Assembly (NCBI GenBank): GCA_001275005.1
Contig: JWZX01002322.1
Span: 1-38,223 of the forward strand
DNA: 38,223 nucleotides
DNA from: Chrysochromulina tobinii
Taxonomy: Eukaryota
Direction: 5' to 3'
The notes beneath the pieces are model-generated. The model did not search any database, was not told where the DNA came from, and was given only the letters and a program-made list of their open reading frames with translations. Shown here piece after piece: positions 1-8,553 of this stretch. Position numbers and translations under genes: made by a program. The stretch's first letter is position 1. Each line of letters begins with the position of its first letter.

Positions 1-2
1 CC

Positions 3-1703
3 TCGCCCCCACCCATCCCGAGCCCTCCGCCACCTCGGTATCCGCCACGGGTGCCCGCAACCATGCCGCAACGGCCGCCGCCACCTCCGTCCTCGCCGCC
101 GCCCTCGCCCTCTCCGCCGCCGCCCTCGCCCTCTCCGCCGCCGCCCTCGCCCTCGCCGCCGCCGCCCTCGCCCTCGCCGCCGACCGACCCCAGCCCTCCG
201 CCACCGCGGTATCCGCCACCGCGGTATCCGCCACGTGTGCCCTCAGACATGCCGCAACGGCCGCCTTCACCTCCATCATCCCCGCCACCCTCGTTTCCCA
301 TCTCTTTCACCCTTGTCCAACTGTTGAGCGAGGCCAACAGCGCCAAGTCTTTCGAGTTTGGTCTTATCATGCTGGGTGCGGTGTCGGCTCCCCTGGTTGC
401 AGCGATCTGTTTGTATTGCCTGCTTGCATATCTGCGCTGCCTACCAGCTTCGATACTACCTGCTTGCATATCTCCGTTCATTCGCAGACAACGTGGCGAA
501 GAAAAGAAGGAGCAAGTCGGCCGTCCATGCTTGGTGAGCATGCTCCCGCAACCTGAGCCCGAAGAAGTTGTTTCCGGCACGTGTCCGAAGGACTTCAATC
601 TCCTACAGGATACTCCGCCATTATCTCCTTTTTTGAAGGCTGATCCCAGGCATGCGGCAATGCGGTGGCTGAACGAGGCGGAGTCGCCCGCGGAAGATGA
701 GCCAGAAGATGAGCCAGCGCCAGATACTCCTTCGGTTGCTATGACTGCCAGCGAGTCGTCGCGCAACCTGAAGACGAGTTTCAGCTTCTCCCGCCGAGGA
801 TTCGGCTCCTGGCCCTCTAGCTCACAATCGTCTGGTACTGGCTCCGAGCCGAGTGCCGCTGGTCTGGCTGCCCTGGTACGTGCTCGCTCCTTCAAGACAG
901 GGGTTGCTTCGGCGCCGGACGAAGTGGAAAACTACGAGGGCCATCACCTCCATCTCAACCGCCTACTCGGCCCAACATCCCTGTCATCACCCTCGCTCCA
1001 GGCTGCTTCTCCACGCGCGCGAGCGCTCCGTGCTCGATTTGACGCCGAAGCCGATGTCAACTCCATAGCCGACGTCCACCTCGACGCTAAAGCCGACGCG
1101 GACGACGCGGCGGTTCTCGTGGCCTTTGGGCAGCTCGTCGACTATTGGCACGAAACGGAGGCGACAGCGGTGCCCGATCTGCGCGAAGTGGTCGCGCACA
1201 TGAAGAGCTTCCCCGAGGCCAATCAGCCAATGCTCGAAAACGTTGGGGCGCGGGTCCAGCTCAGTCCAGTTCGCCATGGGTCCCGTCGGATGCTCGCGGC
1301 AACGGCTGTCGAAGTGCTCCTCCCTCAGACCATGGAATTCGGCGCTTTGGAGTTCAGGCCATCATCTAATGACCACGGTGAGGGTCAGGCTCCAGCATCC
1401 CCGACGCCGTCTGCCTTGCGCGCTATGGAGGCGCTGGTGGCCGTGCACAGCTGGAAGGTGAGGCGCGCCGGAACACCTGCGTGGAAGTCGAAGCGTGCCG
1501 AGAGCGCTCTTCCCGATGACAGCTGGATCAGGCGCAGGCGCAGGATCAGGCGGCGCGCCGCACTGGACGAGTCGGCCGGATCATCGGCCGGAGCTGTCGA
1601 ATCGGTCGAGGAGGTCGAGGCAGTGGTTGAGGTGCAAGAGGAGATCGAGACCGCAGCCGTTGAAGATGACTCGGACGTCGATGAGCGCTACCTTGAAATT
1701 TAA
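3..1703 (+). CDS. Proline-rich (extensin-like SPPPP) single-pass membrane protein, 5'-truncated at window edge
   Basis: The frame of ORF 51..1703 stays open back to position 3 (SPPPIPSPPPPRYPPRVP...). SPSPPPP repeats are followed by a hydrophobic segment FGLIMLGAVSAPLVAAICLYCLLAYL and a low-complexity acidic tail. TAA at 1701-1703. Confidence 0.7.
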   Translation, partial: SPPPIPSPPPPRYPPRVPATMPQRPPPPPSSPPPSPSPPPPSPSPPPPSPSPPPPSPSPPTDPSPPPPRYPPPRYPPRVPSDMPQRPPSPPSSPPPSFPISFTLVQLLSEANSAKSFEFGLIMLGAVSAPLVAAICLYCLLAYLRCLPASILPACISPFIRRQRGEEKKEQVGRPCLVSMLPQPEPEEVVSGTCPKDFNLLQDTPPLSPFLKADPRHAAMRWLNEAESPAEDEPEDEPAPDTPSVAMTASESSRNLKTSFSFSRRGFGSWPSSSQSSGTGSEPSAAGLAALVRARSFKTGVASAPDEVENYEGHHLHLNRLLGPTSLSSPSLQAASPRARALRARFDAEADVNSIADVHLDAKADADDAAVLVAFGQLVDYWHETEATAVPDLREVVAHMKSFPEANQPMLENVGARVQLSPVRHGSRRMLAATAVEVLLPQTMEFGALEFRPSSNDHGEGQAPASPTPSALRAMEALVAVHSWKVRRAGTPAWKSKRAESALPDDSWIRRRRRIRRRAALDESAGSSAGAVESVEEVEAVVEVQEEIETAAVEDDSDVDERYLEI

Positions 1704-2615
1704 TACTGCGGAGAGTTACTTTGCCATCCAGTGAGCAGGCCTCTTACTTGTTCGCTGTTTCCAGAATGTTTAGCTTTTTCAGTTAATCTTGGCCCTTGAG
1801 ACCGACGGCACAGTAGGAGGCTTCAGGAATGGTCTGTCGCGTGTCGCAGGTCTGGGTCGCGGCACGCGCGACGCGCGTGTCGCGTTCGCACTATATAGTC
1901 CTCTGAACCATAGGAGTCCTCTGAACATCGCTCATCGGATAACGCGGACGCGACGCTCGTAACTCGGCCAACTCGCATGCAAACTCGGCAGGTTCCTCGC
2001 TGGGTACTTTCCGACTCGTACCTCACCGCGTTCTTATAATTATAATCTGGCGGTATCGGTATGCACCGGGTCGCGGCTCCGGGACTAACGGCGATCGGGT
2101 CGCGGCTTCGAGTCGCGGCTTACGTCGCGGGTCCGGCTTCGTGGCTCAGTCCCGAGCAAGCTGCAAGGCGCGCGAAGGGATTTTATATTAACGCCCGGTC
2201 CCCGGACGTGGGAGCTCGCAGCTCGGAGCAGCGGGGTTCGACGCGCGACCGGACGTCCGCGTTAAAAAACAAGCTACCGCGTACCCTTCTTACCCGTCGC
2301 GCGGGCAATGGCATAGCGAGCATTTCATCCCCAGACGCCACAAAACTAACGCACTCTTCTCGCTCCGCTCCGGCGCGCGATCGCTTGGGGATCTGCACAC
2401 ACGCACCCCGCGCCGGAGCGGAGCCGGAGGGAGTCGCTCCCCGCGACCGCCCCTCCGCCGCGCCACACTCTGCATATATGCATATATCCTTCCGCGAGCT
2501 TGCCTCGCTTGGGCCCCAACTACTTTCGAGCAGGAAGTGGTCCGCAAACGAGCACGTCCCACGCGTGAGAAGAGCCTCCCTCCACCGTAATCTACTTGCC
2601 CGGCGCCATAAGGAG

Positions 2616-5600
2616 TCAAATACCCGTGCTTGTGCTCTGGCGCGAGCGGCATGAAAGCAGCTTCGAGCGCATGCGCTGGTTCTCGGCCACGATGTTGTCC
2701 ACGTAGGCGTTGCACGCGGCGAGCAGGTCGACGACGTCGCCCGCCTCCTCGGGCATGCCTGGTGAGGGCGGCGTTCGCGGCATGGCGCCAGCCCACCCGA
2801 TGGCCGAGCCGCGCGTCGACAGCGGATGCGAGGGCGACGGCGGAGAGGCGAGCGAGCGAGGGGCGCCGGGCGGCACGGTCGACATGATCGACGTCCCATC
2901 GAGACGCGCGCGCGGGGGCAGCATGTTGTGCAGCCCCGCGGCGGCGGGGCGTCCTACGTCACGTACGTGACTCGACGGCGCGCCCGCCGCAGCGGCCGCC
3001 GCAGTAGCGCCGAATGGTGCGGCGCCGTCGCTCCCTGTTGGCTGCAGCAACGTGTCGTCGTCGGACGACTCAGCCGGCGGCAGCGCGGGTAGATCGCCCA
3101 GCGCGAGTGATGCTATCGGCGCGCCGCCGCCACGCTCGATCCCGTAGCGCAGCGGCGCACCCACAGCGTCCTCGTGGGCACCCACAGCGTCCTTGGCGCG
3201 CAGAGCCTTGAGGAGCATCTCTCGTTTGGCAGCCTCGGCTTCGGCCGCCCGACGCGCCCCCTCGGCCACCTGCAGCTGGCGCGCGTGCATCAGCTGAGCG
3301 GACGCAGCGCGCTCCACCTCAGGGCGTGCGAGCTCCGCCTGGCGCGCCGCCCGCTCCAGCTGCGTCGCCGCGCGCTCGGCCTCGGCGCGCGCGCGCTCGG
3401 CCTCGGCGCGCGCGCGCTCGGCCTCGGCCTTGTACTGCGCGCTCTCGGCCCGCGCGGCGAGGAGGTCGGCGTCGCGCTGCCCAAGCTGCTGCCGGTGCCG
3501 CTCGAGCGCGAGCACCGAGCGCTCCTCGAGGCGCCCAAGCTGCTCGGCGTGCTCCTGCTCGAGCCGCTCCATGTGCACCGCCACCTCGGCGGCCACCTCG
3601 GCCGCCACGTGCGCCGCGTGCGCTTCGTGCCGCGACGCCTCGAGCGCTGCCTCGGCCGCCTCAAGCGCTGCCTCACGCTGCGCCACCTCGGCCTCTCGCG
3701 CCTCCGCCTCCCGCTCGCGCTGTGCCACCGACTGGCGCTGGTGCTCGAGCACCCGCTCGCGTGCCTTGAGGTTGGCATCGGCGTTCGAGCCGCTCACGCA
3801 CGCCGCGTGAAGCTGTTGGCAGCGGGCCTCGAGCTGGGAGACCTTCGCGCGCGTCGTCGCGAGCTCGGCATTCGTCGCCTCCGCCTCGCGCCGGAGCTCG
3901 ACGTCCCGCTTGGCCAGGGCACGCACCTTGGACTGCAACTGTGACGCGCTTGCCTGGCTGCGCCCCAGCTCGGCTTCTAGAGCTGCCACGCGCGACTCCG
4001 CCTCACGCACGCGCACCAACGAGCGCTCTGCCGGCGGCGTCCCGGGCGGCCGCGGCGGCGAGCGTACCGGTGGTGGCAGCGGCAGCGGCAGCGGCGGCGG
4101 CAGCGGCGCGTTGAGCACCGCGGCGACGGCGAGCTGCGCCGATTGCGGAATTTGTCGGGGCATGGGCGCAGGCAGGCGCGACGAGGCGGCGGTGCTCGAG
4201 GCGGCGGCGCTCGAGGCGGCAACCGACGAGGCGGCGGCAGACGAGACGGCGGCACCGCGGCCACCCTTGCCAACGGCCGCAGCAGCCCGCGGGCCGAAAC
4301 CGCCAAGGGCAACGGCCGTGACGGGCGCCATGCCAGGCGCATTCAACCCCGTCGGACCACCCCCTTGACCTGCCGCCGCGCCTGCCGCCGCGCCGCCGTG
4401 CCCCCTCCCGCCCCCTCCCGGAGGATGGGCGGCAGGAGCAGCGGGCGGCGTAAAGTCGAGCTGTGAAGTCGAGCTGTGAAGTCGCGTAAAGTCGAGCCAG
4501 GCGTCTGGATCGGCACCCAGCCCGGCGCCCCTCTCGCTCTCGAGACCCGCGCAACCGTCGCCAGTCCCCGGGCTGAGGACCGCCACGGGCAGCTCAGCCA
4601 CGTGCACAGTCACGGGCAGCTCAGCCACGTGCACAGTCACGGGCAGGGGCGGGGCTGCCCGCGAATGCGCCCTCGAGGAGGCAACGGCGCTGACATGCTC
4701 CTCGACTGCTTCATGGGCGGAGGCGAGGCCCTGCTGCTCCACCGCCTCGGCCTCCGCCAGTGCCGCCTCCGCTACCGCCTCAGCCTCTGCCAGGGCTGCC
4801 TCTGCTTCGAACTCCGCTTCCGCCTCCGCCAGGAGGGCAGCCGCCGCCTCTGCCTCTGCCGCTTCTAACTCCGCCTCCGCCTCCGCCTCCGCCTCCGCCT
4901 CCGCCTTCGCCTCCGCCTCTGCCGCCGCCGCCGCCTCTGCCGCCGCCTCCGCATATGCCGCCGCCCCCGCTGCTGCCGCCGCCGCCTTTTCGCGTTCGAG
5001 AGCCGCCGTCATCGCCGCCTCCTCCCTTTCGTCCGCCAGCTCGTCCCCTGCTTCGGCGGGACCGCCATCCTGATCGTCATAGCCCACCTCCCACGCATCC
5101 TCATCCCCACCCGTGCGAGCTCCAACCTCGCCCGTGCGAGCTCCAACCTCGCCCGTGCGAGCTCCAACCTCGCCCGTGCGAGCTCCAACCTCGCCCGTGC
5201 GAGCTCCAACCGCCGCGTCCTCCTCGCCATACTCTTCGCGGTACTCTCGTCCGTCCTCGTGGCCGTCCACCTCGTGCGAATCGCCACCCTCGTCAGCATA
5301 GCCGCCCTGAGCGAACGCGTAGCTTGCCGCCTCTGCCTCCTCTGCAGCCTCCTCGGCCGCCTCGGCCACGGACAGCACGCGCGAGGCCGCGGTGCTCGCC
5401 GACAGCGCCGTGGTGGGTACCGCCGACAGCGGGCGCACCACACCAGTACCAGTGGGGAGGGTCATGGCCTTGTCCGGTCGCTGCGGCGCCTTTGCATGCG
5501 TGGCAGGCGCGGCGGCGGGGGGAGCAGGCGGCGCGGTGGCGGGCAGGGCGGCGACGGGCGCGAGCGGCGCCGCTAGTCGCTCAGCAGAAGCCTCGGCCGT

Positions 5601-6009
5601 CCTCGCCGGCCCTCGACTGTGTGGCTGCGCCGCGGGCGCCGCGGGCGCCGTCGGCGGTGGACGGCGCTCGCGCCCCAGCGGCGCGGCATCGTGCTCGTCC
5701 TCATCCGCTTCGGTACCCTGAGCGTCGTCCGTCGGGGGAGGTACGTAGGGCGTGGAGTCCCACTCGGGCCGCTCCTCGTGTTGCGGCGCCCCCTCCTCAA
5801 GCACCGGCGGCCCCTCGAAGATCTCCACGGCGAAGTCGGCGCCGCCGCCCCCCGCGCTCGCGCCCACCCTCTCCCTGGCGCGCGCACGGTCGGCCAGCCA
5901 CGGACGCTCCATCCGCGGCGTTGGCCGTGGGCGCGGAAGGGCCGCGGGCTGCTGGGTCGCCGGCGTGGCGAGCGATGCGGCCGTCCGACCGAGCGAAAGG
6001 CGCGAGCCT

Positions 6010-6047
<38 letters not shown>

Positions 6048-8444
6048 GCCGCCGCCGCCTCCTCCAGGCCACTCTGCGCCGGCGCCGCCTGCCATCTCGG
6101 AAGCGAGTCCGCTCCTCGGGGCGGCAGCCGCATGCGGGGTGCGCGTGTGAGGCTCCCCCAGTGACGCACGCGCGGCACCGCCGCCGCCCAACACGGCGCC
6201 CAAGCTCGAGCGCGCCGCCTTGAGCACAGGCCGTTCGGACGCCATCCCCGCCGCCAGCACGCGCAGCGCAGACGGAGGCAGCCGCTCCCGCAGCCGCGCG
6301 CCCCTCGGCGGCCACCGGCCCTCGAAGGCGAGGAAGGCGGCGCGAGCGGCGGTGCGCACCTGTGGGGAGAGGAGCGGGCGTCGTGGTGAGCACGTGCATG
6401 CATCGCAGAGGAAGGCGGCGCGAGCGGCGGTGCGCACCTCGGAGCCAGCATCGGTGAGCGCCTTAGTGAGCATCGGCTCGACGTCGGCGAGGTAGTCGTC
6501 GACGCCGGGCGCTGTGAAGGTGGCGAGGATCACCTCGAGATACAGGGCGCAGCGCGCGCGCAGCGGCGGGCCGCTGTCCGACGCGGAGACGCCCGCGAGG
6601 ATGGATGGGAGGATCGCGGGAGATTTGACGAAGTGCAGCAGCTGCCGAATGCACTGGTCCGCCGCGTCGGCGATGACGGCCACGGTGACGCGCAACACAC
6701 GCACGAGCGCGGGCATCAGGTCGATGGCACTCTCCCGGAACGAAGGGCCGAGCACGCGCGCGCCCTCCGCGATCACGTCACACGCGAGCTTGACGCACTT
6801 GGACCGAAGGTCCGTGAGCTGCAGCGAGAGAGGCTCGACCATGTGCGTGTGGAAGAGCAGCCCGAACGTGGGAAGCCGCGCCGCGCTGCCGAGCAGGAGC
6901 CCGTGGACGCGCCGCATCGCTGCCGCGCGCTCCTGCCACGCGCCGTCCTGGCGCAGCGGCCGGCGCAGCTCGCGCGCGAGCTCGCGCAGCTCGCGCGTCG
7001 CCTCCTCCGTCGAGCCGACCCGCACGGGCGATGGCGGATGCGTGTACTCGCCCTCCGCCGCCGCGAGCGACTTGCGCCGGCTGGTCGCGGGCGCGCCATG
7101 TGGAGCACTTGCATGCGCGCTAGCCGCGTCGGGGCGGGAGGGCGCGCCGATCGAGTGGCGGCGAGCGGCCGACGGCGGCGCCACCGACGAGGGCTGCGGC
7201 ACCGGCAGCGGCGGTGGCTCGTCCCGAACGTCGTCCCGAGCGTCCCAGTCGCCCCAGCCCGCCGCCGGTGAGAGGCCGGCGCCGCCCATGTGCAACGTCC
7301 CCAGCGGCGGCAGCTCGGCGCTCTCCGCTGGCACGGGCGGCGGAGCGGACAAGGCGTGAGGGTGGAAGGGGTGATGTGCGCCCAACACGGCGCCAGTGGC
7401 CGCATAGGGCTGTGCGGCATCGACGGTAGCCGCGAGGGCCGCCGCCATCGTCTGCGAGAGAGTAGCGCCGCTGCCCCCAGGCAAGCTCTGCCTCGATGGC
7501 AGCGGCGTCGAGGGCGCAGAGAGCGTGCTCGGGGCGCCGTGGGGCGCGTAGCGCGGCGTGGCGTGGCCGCTGCCCTCGCCACCGCCACCCCGACCACCTC
7601 GCGATGGCGGCGGCGGCGGCGGCGCAGGCGGCGGCGGCGGCGGCGGGTAGGCCACATGAAGCGGCGGCAGGTAGGGTGCGACGCCGCGATCATGCTCATC
7701 GAGACGCGCGAGCACGAGGCGCATCGCGCCGCGTGGCACGTCTACCGGCGCCGCCGCCGCGGTCAGCTGTTCACGGAACATGGGGATGCCGGTGGCATGC
7801 ACCTCTTGCAGCAACGCGAGGGCCGCCTGCGCCGGGAGCGAGGCGGCGTCGTCGAGCAGCCTGAGGATAGTCGGCAGCTCCTTGATGCAGGCGGTGGGCA
7901 GCTCCATGCCAGGCGGCGGGTCGCGTTGGTGCAAGGCGTGCGTGAGCAGCAGCAGCACCGCCTCGCGCACGCGCACGCTCCGGCCGAGCACCGCCTTCGA
8001 GAGCATCGCCGGCACAACGACCGACGCGCGCACGACGGTGAGCAGCTCAAGCAGCGCGCGCGCTGCGAGCGTGCGCACGCCCATATCATTGTCGGCGAGC
8101 CGCTCCGCCAGGTGCGGCACTACTTGATCGAGCGATGAGCGCAGCGCGCTGCCACACTTGTGCAGCAGCGCCGGAAGCGGCCGCAGCACATTCTGCCGCA
8201 CGAGCACACTTCCCGCCGTGCGGTGGTGCGTGAGTGCAGAGAGGATGGAATCGAGCTCCTGCGCACGCGAGAGCAGCAGCGGGGCTGTCAGCAGCAGCCG
8301 GCACCCCGGGAACCGGCGCACCCGGCGCACCTTGGGGCTGGGAACGCTGAATTCATTGCGCTCGAGCAGGGCCAGCCCGCGCTCGCGCTGCTCCGGAACC
8401 TTGGAATTTATGAGCGACATGACGGCTGTCAGGTTGGTCGACAT
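2616..8444 (-). CDS. CLASP: CLASP-family TOG/HEAT microtubule-binding protein with long low-complexity linker and C-terminal coiled coil; exons 8444-8331, 8258-6438, 6359-2616 (~1892 aa after splicing)
   Basis: An N-terminal HEAT array (LAERLADNDMGVR, VRVREAVL) is followed by a CLASP TOG2-like domain (WQERAAAMRRVHGLL; LTDLRSKCVKLAC; LRARCALYL; DAGSEVRTAARAAF...WP). Two in-frame, stop-free GT-AG introns (72 and 78 nt) are translated through in the 1942-aa ORF track. Confidence 0.8.
4584..4646. repeat. 27-nt tandem repeat x2.3 in CLASP exon (ELPVTVHVA)
   Basis: cacgggcagctcagccacgtgcacagt at 4584 and 4611, partial at 4638. Confidence 0.9.
5110..5211. repeat. 21-nt perfect tandem repeat x4.9 in CLASP exon (EVGARTG)
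   Basis: cccgtgcgagctccaacctcg at 5110, 5131, 5152, 5173, partial at 5194. Confidence 0.95.
6360..6437 (-). mobile_element. Introner-like intron A (78 nt): 30-nt copy of next exon plus 48-nt shared element
   Basis: Minus strand reads GAG|GTGCGCACCGCCGCTCGCGCCGCCTTCCTC-TGCGATGCATGCACGTGCTCACCACGACGCCCGCTCCTCTCCCCACAG|GTGCGCACCGCC. Removal restores the HEAT motif DAGSEVRTAARAAFLAF. Confidence 0.85.
8259..8330 (-). other. Ordinary 72-nt spliceosomal intron in CLASP (in frame, no stop)
   Basis: AAG|GTGCGC donor, CTGAC branch motif, GCGCAG|GAG acceptor. Confidence 0.75.
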
Positions 8445-8553
8445 GGTGGCGGGCCGTCAATGAGAGCGGAGAGTGAGCCACGACTGGTGTGCCATCATCT
8501 TTGCGTAGAAGCGCCTCGCGGGCACAGCTACCGGGCACAGCTACCGGTCGTAC
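8445..8553. promoter_or_regulatory. Putative bidirectional promoter/5' UTR interval between CLASP and filamin-repeat genes
   Basis: Only 109 nt separate the divergent ATGs. Contains a 13-nt tandem duplication gggcacagctacc (8520-8545). Confidence 0.5.

Noticed and set aside
1890..2150. Short repeats and palindrome (agtcctctgaac x2, ttataattataa, gtcgcggct x3) as a transposon end
   Set aside because: No matching partner end or target-site duplication found in the window; too short to support a call.
2061..2899. ORFs 2061..2654 (+) and 2183..2899 (-)
   Set aside because: No recognisable motifs; Arg/Ala/Pro-rich composition typical of chance ORFs in GC-rich DNA; they overlap the CLASP 3' end.
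4448..4497. 36-nt micro-intron ending in CACAG
   Set aside because: No GT/GC donor gives in-frame removal, and it is much shorter than the other introns (72-210 nt).
5110..5211. CRISPR-like array or intron formed from AGGT-containing 21-nt repeats
   Set aside because: No spacers; no branch or pyrimidine tract; in-frame coding repeat.
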